A stretch of DNA of 64,000 nucleotides from Massalongia carnosa (taxonomy: Eukaryota): positions 806,001 to 870,000 of the forward strand of contig OZ287069.1 of assembly GCA_965645245.1 (NCBI GenBank). The letters are read 5' to 3'. The position numbers and the translations under genes were made by a program. The notes beneath the pieces were generated by a model that saw only the letters and a program-made list of their open reading frames with translations, made no database searches and was not told the origin of the DNA. This document shows, one piece after another, positions 36,119-50,500 of the stretch. How positions within the stretch are numbered: the stretch's first letter is position 1; each line of letters begins with the position of its first letter.

Positions 36119-37304
36119 AAGGTGGTTCTAGACATATCTTGCGCTTCGAATCCGCTGGCAAGAGCACCATTACCCAGGCCCACTGTACCCTCCAAGAAGG
36201 ATGTCCTTATCAGAGCCCCTCCGAAACTCATGGGATCTAATCTTCCGCTTCCTTCCTTGTACTCTATTCTTACGATTTTCGAAACACCATGCGCCAGGCT
36301 CCGGAAAAGCATCTGGAATTTGCGCTTCATGTCCAAAATCGGCTTTTCTGGCTATGCTTCCTCCTTTGCATAGCGACAGTGGTCCTTGCTTGGCGGACAT
36401 GTCTTTTATCCCTATGCACCCCATTACGATTCTTCTTTATTAGTGCCACCGTTGATTGGTTGGAACGGTCCAATAACCATCAAGTATTGCAGTAGCCATG
36501 ACCGAACTTAGTGATAGCGGACGCATTTCGAGTTGCTAGAGGTGCAGCTTGAAGTGGTTTCTTTGGTGGTGCGGATATGGTTCTTTGATCGTTGGCCATT
36601 TCCAACATCTGCTTTCATCAATCTCCTGCATCAACATAAAATCTCATGTACACAACATCAGATCTTTTCTCTAGATATGGCGAGCTCAGCTTCGGAATAT
36701 GAACAGTTTTATTGTTAATGTTTGCTTGTCTTCCAAGGCAATTCTTGTGTTTTTGCACGAGCTCATTCGTACATCTTATCTATCTATATCCATGAGCGGA
36801 AATGTGGCCTTGGATGTTGATAGACTAAAGGTAGATAGACACCAACTGATCGGCGATGTAAAAGATTTATGACCCATCATCGCGTAATGTGCGTTATATC
36901 TTAATGGTACCCAACACAATCTATACGTTACATCTCGAATCCCTTTGGAATCTTGATAGTACTTTTACTTCTAGCCTTATATTCTAACACGCCGGTACTC
37001 ATCTTCGCTTGATTTCTTTCAAAATCAAGAGAATGATATCCCCAGCTGGCTTCTCTCTATTTTATTTTTTGTGAAAAAAAAAAGAAGAAAATAGGAAAAA
37101 CCCGTGATCCTAATCGATAGGTAAGCCGTAGTGGGGTGACGACAACGTTGGGGTACTCTAGGCCACCATATCAGGCCACCACATCCGATGACAGCACCAT
37201 AACAATCCTCCTTCTGTACCTGTTCTGATTTTTTACCGACGTCATAATGTGTCCAAAAATACTCTGAAGAGTTGAATCAAATTTATGGTTGTTAGTGAAG
37301 AATC

Positions 37305-39578
37305 ATGCGTCCAGGTGGCGACGTCCTTGGGGCTCGTCCTCGCAAGGACCTCGAAACCGCCGTACCCACCACTCCTCCAAGTAGCGGTACGCCCATTTCC
37401 TTTTTCATGGCTACGGAGAAAATGCTCGAAAGACCTATCAGACAGCCCATAACTTCAGGAAGTCTGAGCGCTTTCGGTGTTGGGAGTTTGCAAGAAACGG
37501 TTTACATTGCGGACACAAATATTCATGATCAGAAGAGTGACAGCGACAGCCAGGATGATAGGAAGTTCGATGGTCGAAGGCGCTCTACCATAAAGCCTGT
37601 ATACTGCGATCAACGTGGTTCTCCCGAGTGTCTTGGAAAAGCCTCACAGGCCAAGGTCGGAGATGCTTCGCCCATCCATTCAAGCAATCGACAACCTTCG
37701 CCACCTGGTACCTCCGAGTCTATGACATCTCTATCACAGATTTATCAAGTCCAAGGCTTGTCACTTCCAAGCAGTCCGAAGTCAGCATCCACTCGCTCTT
37801 CTAGACCCTCGGACGAGGAGTCTATGGATGAAGTAGCAAGCCAAGCCATCATATCAAGCGACGACGAGGAGGACTTGTCTATATCTGAGCTTCAAGACAG
37901 TGCCCCACAGCTGATTATGCCAAGTATCAAGATGCCAAGTCGAAGGCCGTTCACAGAGAGGGGAAAGGAGATGGGTCGGCTAAAGATCTTAATTGCTGGT
38001 GATTCAGGTATGTCTTGCTAGACCACGTCAGAGGCGGGGGGCTTGCTAAGGTTTATAAAGGCGTTGGTAAGACGTCTCTCATCAAGTCGATAGTGCAAAC
38101 TTGCGAGGATATTGTTCATGTGGACCCATTATCCTCAAATCACCCCTCCATTGAACAGTTACGACCACACAAAACCAAACCCACGAAAATGAAGACTAGG
38201 GCAAATTCAACAAATCGAATAACAGAGGTTTATGCAAGCACAAGAGCTTACCCGCCGTGGTGGACCGACATCGAGGAAAATAAGATTCTTCGGAAACGCA
38301 AAAGCATGGGGGAATCTGTATTAGAAAGGAATGTCTGCTTCGTCGACACACCCGGTTATAGCTGCAGCTATTCGACGATAGAAAATATTGAGTCAGTCTT
38401 GCTATACGTTAAGACTCAACTGAGCAAAGCCACATCCTTTGCAAACGTTGGCGAGGGTGAGCTCGTGAGCATGCTTAGTGGGCGAGGTGGTGGACAGGTC
38501 GATATTGTTCTTTATATGATCGCTCGAGGTACGCCCCTCCCCGCCCCCAATATTAGATCCTAAATGTCTCTTAACCATAATTATAGAACTCAAGTCCGTT
38601 GATCTAGACTTCATACGACGCCTATCTAGTCTCACGAATGTGATCCCCCTTATCGCGAAATCAGACTCTTTAACTCCAGAAGAGGCTGGAGCTTTGAAAG
38701 AATCCGTTGCAAACGAGCTCAGCGCTGCAGGACTACAGTCTTTCCCCTTCAAAGCAGATGACCTTCCAGCATCAGCACTATATACTGTTTGCTCAGCTCC
38801 CTCTAACGACGATGAAAACATGGATGCTAGCCTACTCATGTCTCCAGAATATGTCCGACCGCTTGTAGCGTCCGATCTTCCCGCACTGGTGCGTTATATG
38901 TTTGAAAAAGATAACATTTCATGGCTTAGATACCTTGCGGCTAAAAAGCTTGTGCGTTCTCAAAAATATATAGAAAACCCATTGGTGCCAGCTCCTTTCT
39001 CCACCTCACCCACCACGTCCAAGCCTTTGCAGAGTTCATTTCAATCTACCCTTGCTTCACAGACATCTTCCACAACCTCACAAGCTATGATCTCCTACGC
39101 TAGTGGCGCATCGTCTTATGTTGAAGCAAGGATAGCAGATCATACGCAAAGGGAAGAGAGGCTTGCACAGATAAGGCTTGCTAAGTGGGCTGGAGATCTA
39201 CAACGGTGTTTGCGCAACGAACGGGCCAGATATGAGGCAATCTCTCGCGGCGAGAGGGCTGTGTGGTTAACTCAGAGACTAGGTGAATGTGTGGATGATG
39301 GCTCCCTGGTTCCAATCCGCAGGTATGATAATGATTCCATGTCAATGCGGATGGAACAGAGGGACACCACTATCTCTTCAGGCTTACTGAACACTCGTGA
39401 CCCGCTTGGGCTTCTCAGATGGAGCGAGACAATGAGAAGAAGGGGATGGGTTGCTTTTCAGGTCGTTGGGGGGGTTGGTGTTCTAGGAGCGATGGCAGTT
39501 TGGATGATTAGGGGCTGGGTTTCGGGGGCTGATGCATATTCATATTGGACGTGGTCATGGTGGGCAGGGAGGGTATAG
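37305..39578 (+). CDS. Septin-like P-loop GTPase with disordered N-terminus and C-terminal TM helix, 3 exons
   Basis: G1 LIAGDSG|VGKTS split by an intron at ~38008-38060, G3 FVDTPGY, G4 PLIAKSD; hydrophobic C-terminal VAFQVVGGVGVLGAMAVWMI. Confidence 0.8.
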
Positions 39579-39896
39579 GCATTGACTTGTTGAGTAGATA
39601 CCCGGATTTAATAATATTTTGAGTCGAAGATCAATGTCCGCCTGGATGTTAATCTATCTATCCATATTCTAGTCACTCGACGGATTTGTCTTCCGACGCT
39701 ACTTTCCCGCACGCTTCAAACGGCGGCAACTCCCTATGTTATTAAATTATGAATACAGAACGTTTTGTGCTCTGGGCGCGTCGAATATACTGTATCCAGC
39801 GATTTAGTTGTTAGTAAGGTACGTGCAGGGATTTTACCCTCTTCACCATAACCAAAAGGGCTGATGACTTCATCTGCTTCGTCCAATCAATTCTCA

Positions 39897-40952
39897 TTAA
39901 TATTTAGTGTACATCCCGTTTGCCATTTGAATAGCTACACATCGATCATGCATGGAGTCAATTAACCCTCCCAATTGTTCTGAAGATATAGCATCCCAGG
40001 ACTCCCTCACTGCCTTTCGTAGAGCATCATACGAGAGTTTATCCTCGTCTCCATAAACGTTTTGTATCCAGTCCTTCATCATTCGCCAAACAGTTTCGAT
40101 AGGATTCAAGTCGGGTGAGAAGAAGGGCCATTCGATGACTGAAACTCATCTATCGCGAAATTCTTGAAGGGTTAATTCAGTTGCATGACCTGGGGCATTA
40201 TCTTGCATGAAAAGCAGTCCCGAGTTCATTCTCATCCAGCCATGAACAATGAGAACAATTCGCTGACAATAAGAGTCTTTATTGATGCTACCCCAGTCCT
40301 TTTCCCAAAACAAACAAGATCCTTTCGTAATATCAAAAAAGCATCCCCAAAACATCCATCCACCTCGACGACGAGACTTGAAAACAACGCAGATGAGGTC
40401 ATATTCTTCATGAGCTCTTCTGATCACGAATATCTTTCGATGTCTAGAGCCTGTGACCCATGTCTCGTCGCTTCATATAATTCTCTCTCATTGTTCCCTG
40501 ATCCAATCCAAATGCTTCATCGCCCAATTCAAACGTCGAACTCGATTGACTTCGAAGATAGAAGACTTTCGACGAGCGACATGTCTCGAAAAATCTTGCG
40601 ATTTTAGTGCTCTTCGTATGACATCTTCAGAAACATTTCACTCCAGTGTCAAGGGAAATTTGACAATAAGGCATTTGACGATTTCTCATTGATGCGCATA
40701 CAAATTCAACTAATATCTCTTGAGACTGAGCATCAATGAAGAATTTTCGTCCGCATCGTTTCTTTTGCGAAGTGAGTCGATCGATAATGCAAGCATACTG
40801 AACCTGACGAGCTGTGATTCTCAATTCATTGACAATTCGAGAATAACTCCATTCAGCTACATCTTTCAGAGTTTGGATTTGAAGACGCGTATCTCGAGAT
40901 AATTCCTTTTTTTTTTGGTGAGCGAGACAGATGCAGGCTGAACGGATTCCAT
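39897..40952 (-). pseudogene. Decayed Tc1/mariner transposase (element roughly 39790-41090)
   Basis: ELSRDTRLQIQTL, I*SDETW, MFWGCF, FMQDNAPGH, WPFFSPDLNPIETVW, GMYTKY with in-frame stops and frameshifts; only a very degenerate TIR (TATCC..TAGTTGT) is discernible. Confidence 0.88.
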
Positions 40953-41527
40953 GATGCTGATGAAAAAATGAAAAAGTGAAGATGAAAGTTGTTCCAAACG
41001 TCTAAGCCATATCGAGTATAGTTAATGCAGATCGAGGTATGTATCGCCGGATAGCTTGTACTGCTCACAACTAGAGACCGAGGATATGAAGTGTTGGGAG
41101 AGGCAACTGGAAGGCTCTAGAGCAGGACGGTGTGCGGCAGCATGAATTGATGGAAGCCGATAGAAACTTAAGCGGATCTTCTATGGGTTAGCGCCGTTTA
41201 GAGCTCTCAGCGCGACTATTTCAAAATAAATTCTTCTTCATCCACAACGATTTTCTTCCTCAATTTACCACCTTCACACATATTGTAAACCTCTCAAAAG
41301 TAACCTTCAAGCATCTCCACTTAACAATCGTCTCTCAGCACCACAACAGTTGTAAGTATATAGAAGTTTACCCCACACCAGCTTTTGTATTGGAGCTTTC
41401 AGTCTGTTCTTCAACAGGCCGCCGTCCTGTTTATGATAGCCTTGCACCACTTTACTACTACTTAGATCACACTTTGTCACTTGACTAACAGCATCATCAT
41501 ATAGATTCAAGTTCATCAACCGGAATC

Positions 41528-43745
41528 ATGCCTGGCGAAACCTTTGAGTTTCAAGCTGAGATCTCTCAGCTCCTCTCACTTATCATTAACACTGTCTATT
41601 CCAATAAGGAAATCTTCCTTCGAGAAATTATTTCCAACTCTTCAGACGCTCTCGACAAAATTCGATATGAAGCTCTATCGGACCCGAGCAAGCTTGATTC
41701 TGGCAAAGACCTTCGCATTGACATCATCCCAGATAAAGCCAACAAGACACTCACTATCCGCGACACTGGTATTGGTATGACCAAAACTGTAAGTTGATTA
41801 TTGTAGGTGGATCGTTTGTATGAGCTAACAAAACTAGGAACTTGTTAATAACCTGGGCACAATCGCCCGCTCTGGTACGAAACAATTCATGGAGGCTCTC
41901 ACCGCTGGTGCAGATATCTCCATGATTGGGCAATTCGGTGTTGGCTTCTACTCCGCTTACCTTGTTGCCGATAAGGTGACCGTCATCTCAAAGCACAATG
42001 ATGATGAGCAGTACATCTGGGAGTCAAGCGCTGGTGGTACCTTCACTCTACAACAAGATGAGGAAGGTGAACAGCTCGGCCGTGGTACCAAGATTATCCT
42101 TTATCTTAAGGACGAGCAGACCGATTACTTGAATGAGAGCAAAATTAAAGAGGTTGTCAAAAAGCACTCTGAATTCATCTCTTATCCAATCTACCTGCAC
42201 GTGCTAAAGGAGACTGAGAAAGACGTGCCTGATGATGATGCGGAAGAGGTCGAGGATGAGGACGAAGAGAAGAAGGCCAAGATTGAGGAAGTAGATGATG
42301 AGGATGAGGGAAAAGATAAGAAGAAGAAGACTAAGAAGGTCAAAGAGAGTAAGATTGAAGAGGAAGAGCTCAACAAGACGAAGCCCATTTGGACTAGGAA
42401 TCCTTCGGACATCACCGCGGAGGAGTATGGTGCTTTTTACAAATCCCTCTCAAAGTATGTTTGCCTTGTACAACCCGGAGACCGCCGAAGCTAACAATAT
42501 TCTAGTGATTGGGAAGACCACCTAGCGGTCAAGCATTTCTCTGTTGAAGGACAACTTGAATTCCGCGCAATCCTCTTCGTTCCCAAGCGCGCCCCCTTTG
42601 ATCTGTTCGAAACTAAAAAGACCAAGAATAACATTAAGCTTTACGTGCGCCGTGTCTTCATCACTGACGATGCAACTGACCTTATTCCGGAATGGCTTAG
42701 TTTCGTCAAGGGAGTTGTCGATTCCGAAGATCTGCCTCTTAACTTGTCACGTGAGACTCTCCAACAGAACAAGATAATGAAAGTCATTAAAAAGAACATC
42801 GTTAAGAAGACTCTTGAGCTATTCAATGAAATCGCTGAGGATCGCGAGCAATTCGACAAGTTTTACGCCGCGTTCAGCAAGAACATTAAGCTTGGCATCC
42901 ATGAAGACTCGCAGAACCGCCAATCTCTTGCCAAGCTACTCCGTTTCAACTCCACAAAGTCTGGGGATGAAACCACGTCACTAACTGACTATATCACCCG
43001 CATGCCCGAGCACCAGAAGAACATGTATTACATCACAGGTGAATCTCTCAAGGCCGTTCAAAAGTCACCCTTCTTGGATTCGCTCAAAGAGAAGGGATTC
43101 GAGGTTCTATTCTTGGTTGACCCCATCGACGAATATGCCATGACTCAACTCAAGGAGTTTGAGGGCAAGAAACTCGTAGATATCACCAAAGACTTTGAGC
43201 TTGAGGAGACCGAGGATGAGAAGAAGACCCGCGAAGCCGAGGAGAAGGAATTTGAGGAATTGGCTAAGGCATTAAAGAATGTTCTTGGTGACAAAGTGGA
43301 GAAGGTGGTCGTAAGCCACAAGCTTGTGGGTTCTCCTTGTGCCATTCGTACCGGCCAGTTTGGTTGGTCAGCCAACATGGAGCGCATCATGAAAGCGCAA
43401 GCTCTGCGTGACACTTCGATGAGTTCGTACATGTCGTCCAAGAAGACCTTTGAGATTTCACCGAAGTCGCCGATCATCAAGGAGCTCAAGAAAAAGGTCG
43501 AGGCTGACGGCGAGAATGACCGCACCGTCAAGTCGATCACCCAACTGTTGTTCGAAACTTCTTTGTTGGTCTCCGGATTCACCATTGACGAACCAGCCGC
43601 TTTTGCAGAGCGTATTCATAAGCTCATTTCCTTGGGCTTGAACGTTGACGAAGAGGCTGAGACTAGCGAGGAGAAGGCACAAGAGGATGCCGCGGCTCCT
43701 GCTGAAGCAGCTGCAGTGGAGAGTGCGATGGAGGAGGTTGACTAA
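41528..43745 (+). CDS. HSP90: Heat shock protein 90; 3 coding exons plus a probable 5' UTR intron (41352-41504)
   Basis: [43 protein letters not shown] and C-terminal MEEVD. Confidence 0.99.
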
Positions 43746-44229
43746 AGATTTTAAGGAAATTATTGGTTGGTTGTCTACACTAATACTTTTCTGCTCTTGA
43801 TGGTACTGTGGTTCCTCTACATTCGTGCAGCTGCTTTCTCCCACCAAACTACCATAGTTGTTGGTGAACACGGAGCGGTTTGTGGCTTACCATGGGCATC
43901 TCTTAGCCTCTATTGTACCTTTTAGACTCTTCCTGTTGTTACAAAGCGAGAGCGTTTTGATAGGGCAGCGTGTATGTAGCGCGCGATCAAAAGCAAGCTG
44001 AAATGTTCTAACTCTCACTCTCCAGCATTCTTGCTGCAGGCAAAAAGCTTGACTTTGATGCTCTAAATGCCAAATGGTCAACAGGTACTTTTGGTTCCAA
44101 GGTCTCTCTCTTGTCCAATGTTCGTTTTTGAGAATGACTTGAAGGGTCCTTGTATAAACTTGTGTATTCATTCTTACGCTCGTACTTCTTATCCCTCTAC
44201 TCAATCGATGAAGTAAACGATCATGTAGA

Positions 44230-44970
44230 TCTAGCCACCTACGCTACCTTGCCGGATTCATCTGTTTGTTCTGCCACACTAGCCTTTCCTTTCTCTCCAT
44301 AAATTAACTACCTCTACTTCCTCACCTCCTCCCCCTCACTTACCACTACCTACATAAATCGCAACCCCCCCCCCCAAAAAGAAAAAGAAAAACACCTCCA
44401 AACAGACTGATCCCTCCCCTACTCGCCTACCCTCCCTACCAGTCAGCAACCACAACCCTACTAACCAACTCCGAGCTAAGCAAGTAAGTAAACATGTAAG
44501 TAGGTAGGTAGGTGGGTATGTGGGTTAAATATCTAAAGTCTCTCTCTCTCTCTGTGTGTGTGTGTGTCTCTCTCTCTATCTGTATGGGTTCCAAAATGTG
44601 AATGAACGAACGAACGGACGGACGGGCTCAGCTGTGCCGGCTGGTCGTCGGGGGGTAGGCGGGCAAGCGGGGAGGTAGGCAGTAAGTAGTAGGCAAGTAG
44701 GATCAAGGGGAAGGAGTAGAAAGGGACGAATGGATAGGAGACGAAATTTTCTATTTCCCTCGAAAGCTATCTATCTATCTAACCCCCACTCAACTTCCGA
44801 CAGGTATGTATGTAGGTAGGTAGGTAGGTAGGTAGGTACTTCCCAACACGCCGCAAACCCTCTCCATTCCCTCCACCGTAAGAACGAAAACACGTATATA
44901 CATACATACATACATACATAGGTACCTTTTCTAACGAACGAATAATTCATCTCATCCATCCATCCATCCA
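44230..44970. repeat. Microsatellite-rich intergenic tract: (TAGG)n, (TC)n(TG)n, (GAAC)n, (TACA)n, (ATCC)n
   Basis: Directly visible short tandem runs. Confidence 0.85.
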
Positions 44971-46247
44971 CAGGACTATCTCGTCCATTTTGTCCGTCGC
45001 TGCACGTTAGTTACAGCTGCAGATGATAAGGTCAAGGCAAAGCCCGGCAAAAGTCGACAGATAGGCAGATATGTGGGGTTATATAGGTTTCCTCCCAGCT
45101 CTAATCGGGTTGTTTCCTCGAGCGGGGAAGGAAGGTGGCTGCAGGCGGGGATTTGAGATCGAGAAAATCTTCGATATCAAGGCGGCGGGGAGTCAGGAGG
45201 GGACGGGGGGAGAAGGTGAGAAGGAATGCCAACCCTCCCCCCCCCCCCCAATGCAGATTATTCTTATCATGGCGAGGCAACGAACTCGACGGGCTTAAGA
45301 TAAAAACCGTCGATACCTCTTTGATATTCTTAGTATTTCATGGCTAATTTTCCTTTCCTCGTACTTCTTTCCTTTCGGATTTGACCTCAATATAGATGGG
45401 AGACATACGGATTTCGGTGAGCGTTTGCGATGTTATGTAGGCTCTTCTATTCCTTGCTTTTCTTGGGGGCACCCCGTGGGCGTGGTGATGAGACGACGAG
45501 GGAAAGGGGGCTCTGTTGGTTCGGTTCTCGAACAGGGAATGGATACGGACGTGGAAGCGGAAGGGGAAAGTACAAGATGTCGGAGTGGCGGAGATGTAAA
45601 AGCTAGAGATTAGGCAAGTGAGAAGATGCGATCCTCACACGCTTGGACGAGAGATGTATAAATAAAGAGAACTAAGCGCCTCGGCTTCTAGATCTCGACG
45701 AAGTAGCTCTAACTTCCTTGTGGAAAGCAAAAGTTATATTGTAGCAGCAATCCAACAAAAACAAAGAGAAGAAGAGTACATGAACAAATCGTGAAAACCA
45801 GCCCTTAAGCTCCTCACTTCCGAAAAGTGCCGAATAAATGCCCGAGCGCCATCCGCCGAATCTGGCCTAAATGCCCGGAAATCCTCCGCGCTTTTCCCCT
45901 CCGTTGCGTCCCAGTTATCTCACCCCTATCCCAACGATGCCCAAAGAGTAGAGAAGTTGTGAATTTAGTTTATTTTAATAGTGGTAGCCCGAAACAAAAA
46001 GCGAAGCTATCCCTTGAATGATCCCATGTTTCGGGTGGGGTTGTGAATGAGGGTGTTGTTCGTAAGAAATTGATGAGGGTGCGTGGTGAAAGACGGAATG
46101 ATTAGGTTAGAGAGAGTAGATTGATGAAGAAATAGTTCAGGATTGGTATAAGAACAGCCAAATTCTGGATTGTCCCAGTGGCAATTGTAGTGAAGAGATC
46201 GAGGATGGGAGTAGGCCGAGAATAATCTACAAAGCTTGATCTACTAC

Positions 46248-47573
46248 TCAAAGCAGATGAACCAATAACAGCACAGACGTAACACCAAACCCCACGACCG
46301 AGGATATTACAGGCCGCGAAGAACGCGGTGCCGAACTCCCAGCCCCCCCGATTGGATCAGGAAGCGTTGCATTCACAAACGTCGGTCCGCATTTCAGATC
46401 AATCATCCTTGCCGCGTCAACGTAGATCGAGTTGATGGGCTGGCTCCGATTAGCAGCCGCCTCGTTGAAGATATTCATGGTGTTGAGTTGGCACTGCGAA
46501 CACGAGGGCGTCGCAGGGGCTGGAAGTGGAATTCCTAGCGGAAGATAATAAACGAAGGAGTCGGAGCTGGACGCCAAAGTTCGGTTCAGGATAGCATTGG
46601 CATAGCAGTAGTCGTTCTGGCTGTCTTTCTCGCAACCGGCATGATACAAGGGTTCGTAGGCTACGAGGCCATTGTATGCTTGGGCGACAAGTGGGTTTTG
46701 TCTCCGGAAATCCTGACCGCAATTGCTGTCTTTTTTCAAATCCTGCGCAAATGACGACATAAGGGAGCTACACGCTGAAAAGACAACGTTGCAGGTCTTG
46801 TCGAGCGTTTGGACAAGGCGGTTGCTATTTCGGGAAGCGTCAAAGAAAGACACGGAATTCTGCATGGGGTCAGCATTCAACGTTTCCTAGAAGTGGTCGA
46901 ACTTGTATACCTGCAAGAGGAGACTGAAGGGCATGCATGAGGTGAATGTGTCGTTGCTGAGGAAGGTCTTGAGGAAGGCTGGACAGCTTTGCTGCGTGTA
47001 GTTTGTACCAATCCCTCCATCGAATGGTTTGGGCAAAGGAACATCCCCGACCGGGGCGCTGTTAACTGGAGTCGAATTTGAGTCGGAGGAAGAAGATGTG
47101 GTGGAGGCTGAAGTGTCACTCGATCGAGTACCGACGCTCGGGATTGCCGTAGCAGTTGAGTCGAAATTTTTTCGATTCGCGCTAGCAGTTGCATCTTCTG
47201 CACGAATCATCAAGGCTGGTGCCGTTGGAGGCTCCTGTCGTCTTTCGAGGTTCATCCAAGGTGCAGGTCGACGATCAAATAGTATCTCTTCGCTGCGAAC
47301 AAACTTCCCGTTGCTTGGCTCGCTTTGATGTTTTGCGTCAACCGAAGAACATAGGGATGAGAGGATTAAAAGTGTGGCCATCACCCAACATGTGAGAGTA
47401 ATGCGAGGAGGGTTAATGTTGATCTCCATGGTCCATCGCCGTCCAGATGGCCGAGATATGTGATTCCTCTTCTGCCTACTTGTTCCAACATTCCATCGCT
47501 CGCCACGGTCCTCCTCCATGACTCGGAGTTTCTGCGACGCTATCCTATCCCGCTGGCTATCGGGAAAGATCAT
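46248..47573 (-). CDS. Cys-containing surface protein, probably GPI-anchored or membrane-tethered; 2 exons; start uncertain
   Basis: Hydrophobic segment then Ser/Thr-rich stretch, LPKPFD...CPAFL...CMPFSLLLQ|NSVSFF, CGQDF...AYNGLVAYEPLY.AGC, YCYANA, YYLPLG, CGPTFVN and a hydrophobic C-terminus. Confidence 0.8.
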
Positions 47574-50500
47574 GACATCAGTCGTACGTATCTGGTTTCC
47601 AGCATGATCAAGCGGTGGGAGCGTTGCTGTCGAGAGAGCAACTTTCACTGCAGTTGACGTAGGGAAGGAACCAGTAGGTAAAGAAGAAGAGTTTGTCTGG
47701 GACAACGACGGAAAGGCTTCGAGACGGGTTCTCGAGCGGGATGTGCTGTGGAGCTGCTATGTAACCAGGTACTTCTACTCTGTCGAAGCGTCGTAATCTT
47801 TAATGCGCTAATCGAGCTATTTGAGTTGTAAACAAGATAACATAACATCCATGAGCAAATCAAAGGAATATTAACATTAACGGTAGGGACGAATGAACAG
47901 CAAAAGGACGATGAACTAGGTATATCGATGGCTGCCAAACGGGCAATTCAAGTCTCTTCACTTATCCATCCATCAAGAGCAGCCAACTGCTCACCCAGGT
48001 GAGCCTAGAGTACATATAGATACCTAACTGTACCTATATGTGTCGTACAGCGAAGAAGCACTTACACGGTTGACTCGTCAAATAATAGGCTTCATGCTTT
48101 TACTTTCCTCGCGGGTTTTCTTTCTTTCGGGTGGGGATGGAATACCTACCTAATCAAGTGCGTCCAAAGATGATCGATCCGTGAGTGCTTTGTACTTCCG
48201 TACATCTATCCGCCCCTTCTGTACAGCGTACTCTGTACTCGGTAAGCATATGCGGTTGCGTATGCGGCACGTATAGCAGCAGCAGCAGGCAACAAGCAGG
48301 CACCGTGGATCAATCTGTTCTGCTTGGTGGGTGTGCCTGCAGAACCGCTCTTGACCTTTAGGCTTATCCTCCATCTCTTCCCGCCCCCTGTAGCACCTGT
48401 CGATACCCTCCATGCCTGCTCCTTCCAGACCATGAAGGGCCAATTCGAAGCGTGAACCCTGGTGCCGGATAGCTAGTTTTAGATGGTGTGCATATTGAAA
48501 GCTGGCTCATTTAGGCTAAAAGAAGCCAACTCAAGGTTGTCACCAACTCTCCTAATCCAGCAGTCAAAGTGGTAGGACTGAGCACGGAAAGGGAAGCTCT
48601 TGCGCTCGCACCGCACCGGTGCGAAATACGAAATGTAAGTTCAGGTGGTTAAATTAACTGACAGCTGGCAAAAAGGGGAAAGGTTTACGGGGTACAACCT
48701 CATTAATGAGTGGCTTGCGGAGCAGACACTCTGGAAATGAACCTGAGGCTGAAGAGGTCGATCCGACGCAGGAGTGATAGAACCTGCTCTGTGCTTGATG
48801 ATTGGACCGCCTTGCCCGCACTGGGCTCCGAGAAAGCTAGGATTTCGAATAGTTTATTGAGTTGCTCGCTGTTGGCTGACCTATAAGGGCGCACAAATTG
48901 GATCAGATGAGTCCTAGTTGCTCCAGGATCTCGATTCATTAACGAAGCGCAGTTGCTCAATCTAATTCTTGGTTGCTTCAACTGATGAGGAAGAGCTTTA
49001 CTCCGTAGTTATTCCGACCCCTTGTTTGCCCCGAACTAGCCCTAACCAACTAGTTACGCGACTAACTAACTAACCAGAAACCCTTTCGCAAGAACCCCAG
49101 TTATTCTGTACAGAGTAGATACCCCAATAGATACCGCCGACAGGGCTGACGAGAGCTGAATGTAGAGGAAATGAATCCCGAGGTAACAACCCACACACTC
49201 AATATCAGTCAAGATTGGATGCGATAATAACTGTTCAAGAGACAAGGTGAGTGATGGGAGAGGCGCGTGTAAGGAACGAACTCGCTAGGTTCCCACGCCA
49301 CCGAATATGTATTTTGAAATTACCTCATGATCCAATCCATTGTGGACTGGTCATTTAGTTGATAACAAGCTATCAACTCATCACGAGAAAGGTCCCGATG
49401 TCAAAAGGGGCCAACCACTACTACCTAGAACTCGTCATTTCCCCCTGCTCGATTTGCTTCAATCGTCCAAATCGCTTACTACTTTTCCCTTCTTGACGTC
49501 CAGCACGATATCCATACAGAGCAACTATCAAACCATGTCTCCCAGCAAGCACCCCCCAGCCCTATCCCCTACCTAACCTGCTAGCAGGTCCCTCAACCTT
49601 TCAAGAATCGCTTAATTAGAGGCCACGGCCCGGGAAAAGTGAGGGAGAATTTGCCAATAAAGCCTTTATACGCCGCCATCCCCCATCCACGAACGCCACA
49701 TATTGGCCGAGAGCTAAGAAAACTAAGCCATTACGACTTCATTTCACTAGTTGATCTGGACATCTCGATGGAGGGGGTGTCTGTTGACTCGTGACGCTGC
49801 ACGGAGTACGTTGGAGGTTGTTCAACCCAATTTCACTGCTGCACAACTTCACTATCCATATGCTGCCCCCCAAAGCGATTGCCGGGGTTGTTTCTGATCG
49901 ATCATCTGTATGTACTCTGTACATGTTACAGCCAAAGACGTCGTCGAGCATCCCAAGGTGGGGGACCTTACTCTTACAGTAGTACATCAAGCATGTATGT
50001 AATGCGGATCGCGGGTGAACTCTCCTAGGGTTTGCCGAGGATGAACGGAAAGTAAAAGTTTCCCGCCTGCATCAAAGTGTACTCTGTACTCCGCACAGAT
50101 TGAACGAGATGCAGCTTGGGGGCGTTTTGATGTAACGCCAACCCTGTTCTCCGATAATGGGGCAAATGGAAATTTGTTTTTGTTCCAACGGTTTTCGTTT
50201 TTTGGAGGGCTTCAAAGTGCTCGTGCTCTGTCGGAATGGGCTTGGGATGAATCCTAGTTCTTGATTGCTCTTTCGGAGTCGTCATCACCCTCACCCGCAT
50301 GCACAGTTTACTGGTTAATATGTTGACTAACCAGACGGAAAACGGTATGGCCACCATCGCTTCGTAGCAGACGTCGAAACTTGGTATCAAAAGAAAGAGC
50401 AGGTCAGATCATGCAGAGGCGTTATCTAAGTACATGTATCAAGTTTCTTCCAACTACGTACATACAGTTCATTTCCGTCGTGCGTCTAGTCGGTCGCAAG

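Noticed and set aside
41596..43871. Antisense ORFs over HSP90 and other GC-rich genes
   Set aside because: Expected shadow frames from biased codon usage
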